DNA of 64,000 nt from the human T2T-CHM13v2.0 reference genome, Homo sapiens (GCF_009914755.1 NC_060928.1), one strand, 5' to 3'. Positions 1-22,169 are shown, counted from the stretch's first letter. A program made the numbers and translations. The notes: generated by a model from the sequence alone, not told the origin.

Positions 1-2
1 AA

Positions 3-335
<333 letters not shown>

Positions 336-406
336 AAACAAACACATACACACAAAATTCCCAAAGAAAGCTCTTAAAAGAGTAATAAATAACCTATAAT
401 TTATCA

Positions 407-598
<192 letters not shown>

Positions 599-897
599 CT
601 AGGCTCATAGAAGCATCCTCCCCCAAAGGTAAGAAAACAAACTTAAAGAAGTAAAAATAATGGGAAAGAAAGAATCAATTCTCCAACAATATTAAGACTA
701 GAAAAGGGATCCAACATCACATAGAACAAGACAGAGGTAGAAAGTATAGGAAACAGGCTTGTATCCAGAATACATCAGGATATCCTATACATCAGTAAGA
801 AAAAATATAAAAATGGGCAAAAGACTTGAGCAGATCCTTTACAAAAAGAAATTCCTAAAAGCTAATGATGCTATGAAAAGCTAATCGATCCCACTAA

Positions 898-1361
898 TGT
901 GAAATGTGACATACAAAAATGATATCACTCTGGTCCAGAGCTCTAAAGTAGAGTCAGGGAGCCATTCTAAGGACTGCCTGCATGACCTCAAATGCTGAAA
1001 AACAAAAACAAAAACAAAAAACAGGAACTTGAATTGAACCTCTGAACTGGGCTAAACTGCAATGACCACAACATCCTGGAAAACAGCTAGATTTTGCCAG
1101 TGCTGCACCTTCTGAAGAGCGACAACCAATGAGCTCAACGGACTCATGTACTAAGCCAACCGCCTCCAACAATAATTCTTTCACAACAACTGTGTATTCG
1201 CCCTTAGCTTCCTTTTAAAAATCTCAACTCCCCTTCCTCTCTTCAGAACACTTATTGGCCTTTAGCTGAACCTGTGTCTCCTGAATTGCAGTTTCTAAGA
1301 CCCCAGGAATGCCTTGTCTAACTGCTTTGCAGTCTGCTCTTTCACCTCTTCTTGGTTGACA
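898..1361 (+). mobile_element. Solo LTR (ERV1/MER4-group-like) inserted in an old L1 3' fragment (L1 about 755-897 and 1362-1990)
   Basis: TGTGAAA...GTTGACA termini; flanks rejoin as L1-like sequence (aaaatgggcaaaagacttg / ataatgagatatcatt). Confidence 0.6.
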
Positions 1362-2057
1362 TTAGTAATCAGGAAAATAGAAACAAAACTCATAATGAGA
1401 TATCATTATAGCCTCACCAAAATGGCTACAATGTAAAAGTCTGATGCACCCAGGGGAAGTGAGGATGTGCAAGAATGGGATCCCGTATGCATTCTCATGG
1501 GTGAGACTCTGGGAAGCCATTGGGCGTTATTGAATAAAACTAAGCAACAGCTTCCCTGTGTCCCAGCAGCACTAGTCACCTCACAGCCCACAGAAACCTG
1601 TGCCCACGGGCACAGGGAATGCACTCAGAGGTACAGCGTGGTTTGTAACGACTGCCACTTGGAAACAACCACACGCCTATCGGCAGTGGGACAGAGACAC
1701 CAAGGGCAGCACAGTCCACAGCGGGAAACTCCACAGCACTGAGTGACACACAGAAACACAGGTGGAGCTGAGATGTAGAAGGCTGGGTAAAAGGCCACAC
1801 GTAAGTCACTGTTTACTTACAGTTCAAAAGCAAAGCTAAACTACATTGCTTAGGCTTTGAAGTGGGAAAGCTAGAAAGAAAAGCAACGATGAAAAGGCTA
1901 CAAAAGTCAGGGTTGCAGTTACTTTTGGCAGCAAGAAAGGGGTTCTGATAGGGAAAGCACACAGGACTCTGGAAAGTCTGTGCTTTGAACCAGGTGATGG
2001 TTATATTGGGGTTTCCTTTAAACATTTTATTTTAAAGATGCTCCTGGCATGTGCTTT

Positions 2058-2345
2058 AGCCTTTTTAAAAATTTGTGCAGATGTATGAGGTACATGAGAA
2101 AATGTATTACGTGTATATAATGTGTGGTGGTCACGTCAGGGTATTCAGAGCACCCATCATTCAAGTTCAATACCTTTTTGTTAAGTACAGTCATCCTACG
2201 CTGCTATCAAACACTGAATTTATTTCTTTTATTTTACTGTATGTTTGCACCCTTTAGCCTGCTTCTCTTCATCTTTGCCACCCCCCCGCCACTGCTCGCC
2301 CTTCCCAGTCTCTGTGTCTATTTTCCCACTCTCCACCTACATGTG
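2058..2345 (-). mobile_element. L1MA 3' end fragment
   Basis: gtcagggtattcag...ctgctatcaaacactgaattt resembles an antisense L1MA 3'UTR. Confidence 0.65.
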
Positions 2346-2726
2346 TTTTCTTAAGAAAACTGAAGTAGAGCATTTTTAAGTATTTTTTCATGCATCTTTA
2401 CACATCTCTGTATTTTTGTTTTTCAAGAAACCCAAGAATTCCTTCACCAAACTACAGGGGACAATGTCCCTGTAAGAAAAACGTAACTTTTGAGGAGGAT
2501 CCTGAGGAGCCATTAAAGAACTCCCCGGACACACACGCACTAGATGCTGTTTAGGTCTTTTCAATGCTTGGTTCTCCCCTGCAGGCGTCAGAAAGAGGGA
2601 GAAACACTGTCAACACCAAACAAGGAAGAGAAGAAAAGGAGAATCTACTCTAGACCTGCCACTGGGAACAACTATCTCATGCAGGAAAGAGATGGCCAGT
2701 ACAAACCATCTGGAATAATAACTTAC

Positions 2727-2791
2727 CCCAAGAAGTGCTGACGTCTTCTCCATCTCCTCTTTGTTCACCTGAATGGCATGGCTTTCCATCA
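2727..2791 (-). CDS. POLN: POLN coding exon 9 (65 nt)
   Basis: cacag|TGATGG...GGG|gtaagt; VMESHAIQVNKEEMEKTSALLG. Confidence 0.96.
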
Positions 2792-3462
2792 CTGTGATTC
2801 GAAACCCAAACCAGATCATATTTGCATTAATGTATTCTTTTTACTAAAGACTAAAATGCTTCGCTCCCTGATGAGGACAATAATGACTGCAACTGCCATT
2901 TACTCAGCACCTGCTGCATGCCAACCTCTGCACAGGATCTGTCAGGATCCCTGTGTCATACAGGCAAATGGGCGCATTGACAGAGCTGGCCTTTGAGGTG
3001 GGAGTGGGCGAGGGGACCGCACTGGCCAGCCTGGCCCTTCCCACACTGTGAATGCCCCCTGGCTGACGTGGTGCCCATCAGGACCTGCGGTCAAAGGCAA
3101 AGGCAGAAGAGAGCCCTGCATCAGTTCTTGCAGGAAGGTTCTCAAGGTTATAAGGACAGCAAACCAGAATGAGAGACAACCACTAACACATAAAACATCT
3201 AGAGAAGCCTACTCCTCCTTGGCCAGGCAGCACAGAAGGGATCCCATATGACCAAGATGTCAGAACCTCGAGTCTTTCCACACCAAGAGGGAATGCAGTC
3301 CAACCCCTCACTACAGAAAGGGAAAATAATAGGCTTGCTACCTCTCTGGTGCCCATGAGATATACTATCTACTCCTAAGTAAGGTATGGAGAAATGTTCA
3401 TCCCAAACAATATGAAGAACCCTCTAGAAAAATGGCTGTACTTCATCTTTATGGTAACTTAC

Positions 3463-3523
3463 CTGCCAAAATTGGTATCAGAGGAAGCTCCAAAGTACGA
3501 AATAGTTGCCATAAACCATAATC
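3463..3523 (-). CDS. POLN: POLN coding exon 8 (61 nt)
   Basis: aacag|GATTAT...GCAG|gtaagt; DYGLWQLFRTLELPLIPILA. Confidence 0.96.
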
Positions 3524-3544
3524 CTGTTTAATAGGAAGAAATAA

Positions 3545-3929
<385 letters not shown>

Positions 3930-5037
3930 TGACCCCTATCATGGGCATGGCTGGTCTCCCACCCAACCTCGACTCCTCTTACTTGCTCTTCCTAATGAAC
4001 TCTTATTTCCCTTAAGTAGGCTATTTTATTACCAAGATCTAGTAGAGATAGTTAGAAATATAGATAGGTTCAAGTCAAACATTGGAAGTGGAAAAAAAGA
4101 AATAAAAAGAAATTCTGATAGGCCAAGCCCCATCCTCAATTTTCTTCACTCTTTTTCATTTTTAAGATTGATTTAAGCATTTGTGGACTTTTAGTCTACC
4201 ATTTTAATTTCAGAATAGGCTTACTGAATTCCCAAAATTTACCAATAATTCTCATTGATTTTTCACTGCCACTATGGATTAATTTGAGGAACATTAGAAT
4301 CTTTATTCCAGGCCACCTCCCCTGAGAGCATGGAATCTCTATTTATCCGGGCCTTCCTGTGTTCTTCATGAGTCTCATTGTTTTTAGTTTTCCTGCTGCC
4401 ATTAGAGAGTCCCAGGCTCCATCCTCCAACTCTTGCCCTCATGTTCTCTCCTGCCCCTCCAGACCCATTCTCTGCCCTGCCCTTGCCCATAAGGCGGGGC
4501 AGGCTCCTCCAGGTCACATCACCCGGGCCACTCCTCTGCTCTCAGATGGGGCATAGGGGGCAGGAGGGAGGGAAACAGGCTGAGCTACTGCCTGTCCCTG
4601 GAGCTTTCTCCTTCTGGCTGGTTCCCTTTGCCCTCCCTGGCCTCTGGACACAGTCCCTCCACTCAGCTCTTCTTGGTGGCTCATTGCAGTGGCTGTCTGC
4701 TTCCCAGGAAGACTCTGGTTGAGTGAAGCTATGTCCATCCCACTATTAATCAAAATCAATGCTCAGCTTTTACATTAACTATGGCATTGGAAACATCCCA
4801 CTTAAAAAAGAGGCTTTAAAAAATATTACAATTGTTTTCAACCTACAGAAAGCATTTTTAAAACTTCAGTTCTTATCATTCTAGACAACCCTTTTCTGAG
4901 TAATGCACAGGTTAATTTGTTCTTAGAACTCAACGTTTCGTTTCCTTCACATTCAAACTCCCTGGGAGTGCGGGTGCCAATGAAAAGACATCTCTTGTGA
5001 GCCTCTGTCAGCCAGAAATTATAATAAAATGCCTTGC

Positions 5038-5106
5038 CTTCAGTTTAGAGCAAAGGTCCATTGTAAGTCTGTAGAGTGTCTTCAGGTTCTCACGTACATT
5101 CTGATT
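5038..5106 (-). CDS. POLN: POLN coding exon 7 (69 nt, GC donor)
   Basis: ttttaaag|AATCAG...AAG|gcaagg; NQNVRENLKTLYRLTMDLCSKLK. Confidence 0.93.
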
Positions 5107-6364
5107 CTTTAAAAGAGCAAAAGTATTTTTAAAAATCAGATAAACTTGGTGGCAGTGCTCACCACAGTCTGTAACTGACATGACTTGAAAAATGTTTCCT
5201 AGTAAAATCCCATGAGGTTTTCAATGGCAGATGTCATGTACGTGGTAGTATCACCAAACACCTCGACTAGACAAGTTCGCATCTGTAGAAAGTGCTTCTA
5301 CTGCGCAAGTGCAAGCTATCCATAGCTGGACACTTCCTCCCAACCGAGGGTATTTCTTCATTTTATAGACTGAGAAACAGAACCACAAAGAAGCTTAATG
5401 TCTCAGGTACAATGATTAAATGGTAGCAGGGAGAGGAGAATGCAGACCTGGCCTCTCTGGAGTCCACAGCTCCATTCTCTCAGCCTTACCACCTTGCACC
5501 CACGCACAGCTGCTGCCACGTTCCACACTTACCCCTCCATTCTCACCCCAGGAGATGCACACAGAGGCCCTGGGAGATGACAAACAAGGGTCTGTGTTCA
5601 GCTGACAAAGAGGGAGATGGGATGAGATGTGTCCCTCAATACAGAGTCTAATTACCCTTCCCCTAACCTGGAGTGCCAGGACCTCTTCAACACCCCATTC
5701 TGCCAAACAAATCCCCCACCTCCAGCCCACTCAGACCCAATTTTCTGCTGAAGGCCTGAGATTAGAGTGAACATCCCATGGGACCAGTGGCTAAGTGCAC
5801 ACACCTTGGCATTGTTTTCTAGTCATCTTGCTTGTGGCTCTCCTGTGAATGTTGGGAGAACATCCTACAGAAGAGTCCCTCCATGTCAAGTTCTTGACTG
5901 CCACCTGGCAGAATTCTACCTGGCTGCCTGCAGGAGCCTTCCACACCCCAAAACTGACCATGTGACTCCTAGTTTGAATACCCCCAGGACAGGCCCAGCT
6001 CCCTGGTATGGCACAGCTGCACGAGGAGCCCCTAAATCTTCTCTGGCTCCCCACAGCCATGCCTCCTTCTCCCCAGGTTGGTCTTGCTGTCCTCCATAGA
6101 GGCACCATGTTCTCTGAGAGTCTTACCATATCCCTGCTGCTCCCTCTACCTGGAACTCTCTTCCATTTATCTGAACAATTCATGCCACCTCTTTGGAGAG
6201 AATGGTGTAACCTGTGATCTGTAGATTAATGATTAATGGCTGGACTTCCATCTCCCACCCTCATCCATGCCCTGCATGGCTCAACTACAGAGACATATCT
6301 GGCTGATGAGACATAAACAGAACTGCATCTGAGGCTGCCTCTTTTCTGCCTCGAGTGTGGATGA

Positions 6365-6945
6365 GTTGAACCCTGGCCTCAATTTGACCCTGGGCAAGGC
6401 ACATGTACGTTAACCTTTCTATACCTCAGTTTTCTCATCTGTAAACTGGGACTGATAATTCTGAGATGGACAACTCCTTCTTTCTAATATCTCAGCTTCT
6501 GTTTGGAGAAGTCTCCCTGCCTGACGGCATGAAGTGTGGGTAGGGATACTAATCAAGATGCCTGGCCTCCCTGGTGGGGTGTAGACACATGGTACAAGGA
6601 GGGAAAGAAAACACTCTCCAAGTGCTGAAACTTTGACTTTTGGACAGAGAAAAAGTCATGGCTCAGTGCTGCCACCAAGCCTACCAGTTCCAGCTCCCTG
6701 GGACTCAGGGCTGCGTGGCTCCTGTTCTTCCCAAGGCCTGGTACTGCCTTTCCTCTGATTCTGTGGGCTACCCCATATCCTTCTGATAAATCTCTTTTTA
6801 TATTAAGGGAGAGTGCATTTCTGCAACTTATAACCCCAAAACCCTATTGTTACAAATCTTCACATCACAGATGATCTGTGAGGATGAAGTACATGAGGCA
6901 AATATCCCCAGCTCAGTGCCTGGTGCCTGACACGGGCTCATATCA
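6365..6945 (+). mobile_element. MIR split by a MaLR (MLT1-like) LTR fragment (about 6470-6846)
   Basis: cctcagttttctcatctgtaaa MIR core; MLT-like end ttctgcaacttataacc; MIR resumes at tgtgaggatgaag. Confidence 0.55.
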
Positions 6946-7096
6946 CCTCTTACCCCCAGCTCAGTGCCCAGTGCCCAGCATGGGCTCTCATCACCTCTTA
7001 TCCCCAGCTCAGTGCCCAGCACACAGCTTGGGCTCACATCACCTCTTACCCCCAGCTCAGTGCCCAGTACATGGCGTGGGCTCACATCACCACTTG
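6905..7096. repeat. 48-bp minisatellite, 4 copies
   Basis: Units start at 6905, 6953, 7001, 7049: (t/c)ccccagctcagtgcc...gggctc(a/t)(c/t)atcacc. Confidence 0.95.
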
Positions 7097-7338
7097 CTTT
7101 GCTGTGATTGCTTGAGCTAGCTCAGTAGCCTGTGTGTTCTTCCAGCAGTGATTTTACCATGTAACTGTTCACTGACAGCTAACTAGAAAGCCTGAACAGG
7201 GTGGCCCCAACTGTGGCCACATTGCCACCACTAGACACCTCTCCTCTGGGGCCTGCTGAGAAGTCTCTCTCTCTGGGTTCTAGGCACAGTTCTAGAAGGT
7301 GTGAGTGCCTTTGTTTTCCAGATGGTGCTTCCTGATAA

Positions 7339-7684
<346 letters not shown>

Positions 7685-8079
7685 GAGACCCAGGGCAGTT
7701 CTGACCATTCTCTCCACACAGACTGAAGAGTAGCCATCCCAGGACCTCTGGCACTGTGGCCACGTCACCAGCCCTAAGGATTTATCAATGAGTGGCATTC
7801 TGTTCATGGAGCAGGTGACACTGACATCAGAGAGTCATCTGGAAGAGTCACACTATGGACAGATTTCCTAGGAACAGGTGCCATAGAAGAACAGCCATCA
7901 CCTATCCTTATTCAACATCCTCCACCAGAAATGCCAAGGTCACAACTATTTGTGCTGAATAAGTGAAAATGAATGTTGACAATGTTCTTTTTACTATTAG
8001 GCTATCAATAAAATAGAAAAAGCTTCCAGAAAAAATAGGATGTATTAAGGTTGATAAAACTTTATCTTAAACAACTCAC

Positions 8080-8237
8080 CACAATATTTCTTGAGGAATT
8101 TCCATATGTGCTGTTCACTTTAACTGTAATGGATTTTTCACAGTATTTTTCTACTAAATCTTCAAAAGAGGGTGTGGCATCACTAGGATCTATAAGCCAT
8201 GCAGCAATTCTGGGATCTAGCCCTATAAAATCAGCAA
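8080..8237 (-). CDS. POLN: POLN coding exon 6 (158 nt)
   Basis: ttcag|TTGCTG...GTG|gtgagt; [20 protein letters not shown]...SSRNIV (A-family exonuclease-like D..IAAWLIDP motif). Confidence 0.97.
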
Positions 8238-9893
8238 CTGAAGAGAAAAAGGTCATTCAGTCATCCCAAGAAAAACCAATAGTTGTTTTTCCTGCTTTGA
8301 CAAAGTTCTTAAGTTCAAACGAATAGTAGTAGTATTGTCATCCTCTCAAATTATAGACCTAAGGACCAAAGTGACTTTCCATTATTCTCCAGAATTTAGA
8401 ACCCTTGATAAGGCAGCCTCGATGAACCCAAGTCCCACATGGCCCGTCTCTGTGGGTGTCACATTAAAGAGGCAGATTTCAAGTAGCCATAAAGGAGGGA
8501 CTCCAAGCTCACTTGCAATTTGGATCTCTCAAAAACATGTTAAAAGCTGTCGAAGTCAGAGTCGTGGGTCATGCTACCTGCCTCCCCTCCTCCTTGCTCC
8601 TCTTTCCCTCAGGCATCCTCTCTGCCAAGTCCTGCCCTCCTCCAGCCTGTCATTGGGCTGTCTGGCACCATGGAGTCTGGAATCCAAGCCTCTCGAGCAA
8701 AAGGAAGAAGGGCGGGAGTTGCCTGAGCACACACGACACCCTCGTCACTGAGTGTTGAACAGGTAGTGTGTGCAAGGCAAAGATACTTTGGCATTCTCCC
8801 TGAAGTGTGGAAAATCTACAAGACAACTAATGTGTGGCGCTTTGGTACTGTGGAAGGAACACCAGGCCTGGATTCTGAATCACCCTCTGAGCCTGGGAGG
8901 CCACCTCGCCCCTTCAGTGTTAGTTTCTTCATCCAAAAACTGGGGGGAAAGATTACTGTAATTATGTGTGATATACATGAGAAAATGCTTTTTAAAAAGT
9001 AAATACAATATTTGCTAAACAAACAAGTTTTTATACCAGAACACTTTAGACATGAAGGGAGAGTCATAAAAGGCTGGGGAGGTGGGGCGGGCTAGAAATC
9101 AATAGACAAACTAAATCCTAAAGTGACTGCTTTTTAAGTTACTTTAAAATTTTGAATTGTGCCATACAAAAGTAAGGAGTTTGCCTTTAAATAAAACTAT
9201 AGTCTTAGATCATATCACATTAAATATTATATGTTCAGGCATCTTTAAATTATACCAGTCTAAGAGATTTATATTTACCAAAGCAGCCAGTATTATGACT
9301 TTCTCATTTGATATCTAGGAAGGCTCTTACAGTAGCACATTTGGAGCTCTGGATAAGAGGAGCACATGTCTCCGTCAGCAGCACATGATTTTCTACAACA
9401 CTGTCTGGTGATGCGGACTGACCCAATAGGACTGTTTCACTCCACTTCCCTTTTCAATGCTTTAATATTCCAAAAGTAATGGTTATCAACATATGTTTTT
9501 TAAAATCCTTGGGGAAGCTCTGACAGTATAAGAATGCTCTGGGAGATGGTCCCTATAATCTCTTGCAACTGACAAACTGAAGCCTGCCAGGACAAATCCC
9601 ACACTAGGGAGAAAATGCCAGTAGCTGAAAAAGAAATGCTAACAAAATAAGATTTAAAACAAACTCAGAAAATTAAGAAAGAGTAAAACCTGTAAAAAAG
9701 TAAGTAAATCCGAATAATATACTTAGAAATTAGGTGACTTAGAAAAAGAAAAATTATACAAAGAAATGACAGAATCTAGGAGAGAAAATTTAAAAAAAGA
9801 AGACATTTCAGAAATAAAAACTAAACTGGCGCAAGACACAAAAGCAAATAAACATAATAGCTAACTACTTAAAGTAAAAAAAAAAAGAATTAA

Positions 9894-10242
<349 letters not shown>

Positions 10243-10468
10243 TAAAAAAGAATCAAGTCCAACAGAACTTAAAAATAAAATAAAATAAAATTTTAAAAAA
10301 TCTAAAAGAAATGACGAAACTGAAAATGGATTCTGGATAAAAAATGATAAATATGACAAAAAGATAAATATGAAAGACAGACAAGAAGATTCAACATATG
10401 AAATAGGAAATCAAAGGAAAAAAAACAAACGAACACAGCACTAAACACTGTAATTCAAGATGACTTTA

Positions 10469-10798
<330 letters not shown>

Positions 10799-10951
10799 CT
10801 ACATAAAGACATATACATAATCAATACAGCGTAGTATCGACACAGAATAGACCTACAGATCAGTGGAACAGAATCAAGAGTCTAGAAATAAACCCATACA
10901 TCAGTGGTTGATTGATTTTCAACAAAGGTACTAAGAATGGTGTTGGATACC

Positions 10952-11405
10952 AACAATGGGTGGAATTGTGGTCCTCAAAAGATAACTCCACCCAGAATCT
11001 CAGAATGGGAACTTATTTGAAATAAGGGCCTTTGCAGATACAATTATGGTAGGAATCTTGAGATGAGATCATCTTAAGTTAGGGTGAGCCCTAAATCCAA
11101 TGATGGGTGTCCTTATGAGAGACAGAAAAGAAGGTGACATATAGAGACATGCAGAGGGAAAAGGCCACATGAGGATGGAAGCAGAGACTGGAGGGATGTG
11201 TCTACAAGTCAAGGAGTGAAAAGGACTTCCAGCCACCACCAGAAGCTGGGGGAGAGTCACAGAATGGATTTTCCCTCAGAGACTCCAGAAGGAACTGCCA
11301 ACACCTTAATTTGGACTTCCAGCCCCCAGAACTGTAAGAAAATAAATTTTTGTTTTAAGCACTTAGTTTATGGTAATGTTACAGCAGACCTAGGAAACTA
11401 ATACA
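10952..11405 (+). mobile_element. MaLR solo LTR (MLT1B/C-like)
   Basis: ggcctttgcagat...ccctaaatccaatga...cagaactgtaagaaaataaa...ctaggaaactaataca. Confidence 0.85.
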
Positions 11406-12620
11406 GACCCCTACCTCACACCATATGCAAAAATTAACCAAAAATGGATCATAAGCCTAACCTCAGAGAGAATATGATTAAACTTGTATGAAAAAAAATG
11501 AGTAAATCTTTCTGACCTTGGATTAAACAATAGTTTCTTAGATTTGACACCAAAAACACAAATAACAAAAGAAAACACAAATAAATCGGATTTCCTTAAA
11601 AAAAAAAAAGTGTGCTTCAAAGGACATCAAGAAACTAAAAAGACAAGTCACAGATTGGGAGAAAGTATTTGCAAATTGTATATCTGACAATAAACTCATA
11701 TTAGAATATATAAATAATTCTTACAAATAAACAATAAAAAGACAATGCAATTTTAAAATGGGCAAAATATTTGAACAGACATTTCCCCAAAAAAAGATAT
11801 AAAAGTGGCCAATAAGCACATGAGAAGATGTCCAATATCATTAGGCATCAGTATAATACAAACCAAAACCATAAGGATGTAACACTTCACATCCACTTGG
11901 ATGACTAAAATAAAGATACACAAGAACACGTATTGGGCAAGGATGTGGGGAAGTTACAGTGCTATATACAGTGCTGGTTAAAATGGTGCAGCCTTGTTGG
12001 AAACAAGTTTGGCAGTTCCTCAGAATGTTAAATACAGAGTACCACATGACCCAGCAATTCTACTTCTTCTAGATATACACGCAAGCAAGTTGAAAATATG
12101 TCCACGCAAAGACCTTTACACCAAAGTTCATAGAAGCATTAATCATAACAGCTAAAAGTGAAAACAACTCAAATGTTCATCAACTGATGAATGAACAAAA
12201 TATGAATATTATTCAGCCATAAAAAGGAATAAAGTACTGATACATGCCACAACTTGAATGAACCTTTAAAACACTAGGTTAAAAACCAACAACAACAAAA
12301 AGCTACATCAGGCTAAATGAAATAAGCTAGTGACAAAAGGTTGCATATTGTGCAATTCTATTCATGTTAAATATTCAGAATACACAACTCCAGAGACAAA
12401 AAACCACAGATTAGTGCTTGCCAGAGTCTGAGAAAGGGGGGATGGGGAGTGGCTGCTAAGGAGTACAGGGTTTTTTTTTGGGGTGACAAAAATGTTCTGA
12501 TATTATGTAGTGGTGATAGATGCACAATTCTGTGATTACTTGAAAAACCCCTGAATTGTACAGTTAAAGAGTGAATTTTATGGTATGAAATTATATCTTA
12601 ATAAAACCGCTATTTTTTAA
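11406..12620 (+). mobile_element. L1MB 3' part (ORF2 end plus 3'UTR)
   Basis: ctacctcacaccatatgcaaaaattaac...gacccagcaattc...gtgaattttatggtatg...aataaa. Confidence 0.85.
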
Positions 12621-12649
12621 AGCTATACCAGAAAGCTATTTACAAGGTG

Positions 12650-12926
12650 TTCTTTTTTTCTTTTTTTTTTTGAGACAGAGTCTTGCGAGATCTCTGCTCA
12701 CTGCAATCTCTGCCTGCCAGGTTCAGGTGATTCTTCTGCCTCAGCCTCCTGAGTAGCTGGAACTACAGGCGCACGCCATCATGCCCGGCTAATTTTCATA
12801 TTTTTAGTAGAGATGGAGTTTCACCATGTTGGCCAGGCTGGTCTTGAACTCCTGACCTCAGGTGATCCACTCGTCTCCGCCTCCCAAAGTGCTGGGATTA
12901 CAGACGTGAGCCACCGTGCCCAGCCA
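12650..12926 (-). mobile_element. AluS with internal deletion
   Basis: Antisense Alu lacking part of the right-arm 3' end. Confidence 0.88.
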
Positions 12927-13299
12927 AAGTTTTTTTTTTTTTTTTAAGGGTACATACATATCTTGCAAAATTGACCCAAAACAGCCAACACCAAGACACA
13001 GTCTAGTAAAACACTAGACTTTAAAAAAAAAAAGGAAAACAAAACAAACAAAAACCTTTGGACATTCAGACAAAAAGACCAAGTCACTAATTAGGGAAAG
13101 AGAATCAGATTTTCACCACACTTTCTGAAAGCACCACTTTATGCCAAAAAACAATAGTATAGCATATTTTAGAAATACAAAGAAAGATGTAAACCAGTGA
13201 TCTTATATACAGCCAAACTGACCTCCAAGTACAAAGGATTCTTCAGTATGTTTTAAAGGAGATCAATAAGGTTAAGTAAAAACCCTGTCATCCTGAACA

Positions 13300-14681
13300 T
13301 GAATTAGAAATATCAGTATGAACTCACAGTATATTTTATCTTAAAAAAAAATACAAACATCTTAGCCTGGTAACAAAAGTCAACCTAATAGTGAGGTACA
13401 TATCCAGTGACCAGATTCTGGTCTCTAAATGCCATTTTCACTAATGTAACAGGGCTCCTTGAAGAAATGGCTAATTTCAGGTCTAGAGCAGGAAATGCAC
13501 AAGATGACCTGGAAACATCCTACCATACCACAAATCAAAGAAGATGCCCAGATTACTAGGTTTGTATGACAAAGGCTCACCTAACTCATCAAAGATCATG
13601 TGCAATGTGTCAAAACATATCAAATATATTTAAATCCATATGCTCATAATGATACTAAAATGAAAAAGGCTTTTTTTGATCACCTTTTGGTGATTCTATG
13701 AAACAATTCATTATTTTGAAAACGGGTAAATAAAGGAAAATAATCAAATTTTATCTTGGCTTTTCTATATGAAGTGTACTTAGGGTAACCAAATAGATGA
13801 TAAAAGGGGATTTCTCTTTATGTAAGTGTTATAGCTAATAAATGAAGAAAGCATAATAGATCTTAAATATCACCATGTTGCAATTAAGGAACCTAGACAA
13901 TGACAAGCAGTAGCTTCTAACATCACAAAAAAAGATAAACATCCAAACATTATATACCTCCTGACAAACGTATACAACACTTATGTAGTCTTTCTCTCCC
14001 AAATCTAACCTGAATCTGATCAGGCATCTGGATCTAATTGCCAATTTACAGGAAATAGAAGAGAGATAACATATTAAATGAGAAGAAAGAGATGTGCTCA
14101 GTAAAATCCAGACTGTGAGAAATTCTACAGGACAAACAATCTGGTTTCTTGAACACCAAAACAACTGCAAGAGTGTAAGACAGAGGAAGGGAGAACATAT
14201 AGATGAAAAGAGGCTTAACAAATACAAGCACACCTGGCTGGGCGCGGTGGCCCATGCCTGTAATCCCAGCACTTTGGGAGGCCGAGGCAGGCAGATTACT
14301 TGAGGTCAGGAGTTCGAGACCAGCCTGGCCAACATGGTGAAACCCCTCTCTACCAAAAATATAAAAAATTAGCCAGGCATGGTGGCACGTGCCTGTAATC
14401 CCAGCTACTCAAGAGGCTGAGTCAGGAGAATTGCTTGAACCCAGGAGGCAGAGGTTGCAGTGAGCCAAGATTGCACCATTGCACTCTAGCCTGAGTGACA
14501 GAGCGAGACTCCATCTCAAAAACAAACAAATAAACAAAAAGAAATACAAGTTACGGGCTTTGGGCCCCAGTTAAAACAAACTGTAAAAAAACAAAACAAA
14601 TAAACAAAAACAGTTATAGAACAACTAGGGAAGTGCAAACACTGACTAGACAGCTAATAATAAAAAGAGATTATTGGTAAT
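13300..14681 (+). mobile_element. Old L1MC-like 3'UTR (resumes 20434-20985); contains AluSx 14235-14540
   Basis: gaaatggctaatttcaggtctagagcaggaaatg...; Alu TSD aaatacaag. Confidence 0.6.
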
Positions 14682-20433
<5,752 letters not shown>

Positions 20434-20619
20434 AGATTATTGGTTATTTTGCTTGGGGGTGGGGAGAGATGATGGTGTTGTCTTAAAAACAGAATCTCAC
20501 ATTTTAGTCATACAATTGAAATATTTAGAGATGAATCACATGATGTTTGGGTTTTGCTACAAAGGATCCAGGAAGTGGCAGTTTGGAAGTATGGGGAGTT
20601 ATAGAGCAAAAGATTGGCT

Positions 20620-21600
<981 letters not shown>

Positions 21601-21975
21601 TTAAAATCTTTACTATTTTAAATAAAAGGTAGGTCCTATATTGTTTTGATGTTAATTACTCTGGACTGTAGTTTAATTCTTAGAAAGTTTATAAGCTATT
21701 TGTGGTAACAAGAAATCTCACTGACCATGCTACATAAGTTAACTCTTTCCTATTTTAAATTATGAAAGTAATATATACTTGTAAAAATTCAAATAACCTA
21801 GAAACATGGAGGAAAACTTCCTCCCCATGCCTAGGGCCCATCAGGAGGCATATCAGTCTGTGTGGCCAGGTCCTCCAGGAGTTGTGTGACATGGCTGCCC
21901 TCACCATTCTCCCATTCATAGGAGGAGTCACAGTTGAAGAGTTAAATTATAGAGAGAATAAAAAATATAACTTAC

Positions 21976-22088
21976 CATGCTTCCAACTGCCATCATTGCC
22001 AAAAAACTGCAGCACTATTCTCACAAAATCCTTAGCATTAAAACAAATAACAGGACATTTACATTTCATTGTTTGAAATAGCACGTTC
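21976..22088 (-). CDS. POLN: POLN coding exon 5 (113 nt)
   Basis: ttctag|GAACGTG...CATG|gtaagt; [37 protein letters not shown]. Confidence 0.96.
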
Positions 22089-22169
22089 CTAGAAGATGAA
22101 AAGAAATTCACTGATTTAAACATTAATTTGGGATTTTCGACCTTGGAAAAATATTATTACTACTCAACT

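Noticed and set aside
6828-7120. Repeat-protein ORFs or a CRISPR-like array
   Set aside because: Contiguous 48-bp tandem units with homologous variable parts, no unique spacers and no cas genes; the ORFs arise because the unit is a multiple of three.
8051-8326. Plus-strand ORFs overlapping POLN exons (also 21762-22076 and 2544-2741)
   Set aside because: Antisense shadows of real exons with no independent support.
9072-9092. Possible G-quadruplex
   Set aside because: Only three runs of three or more G; not canonical.
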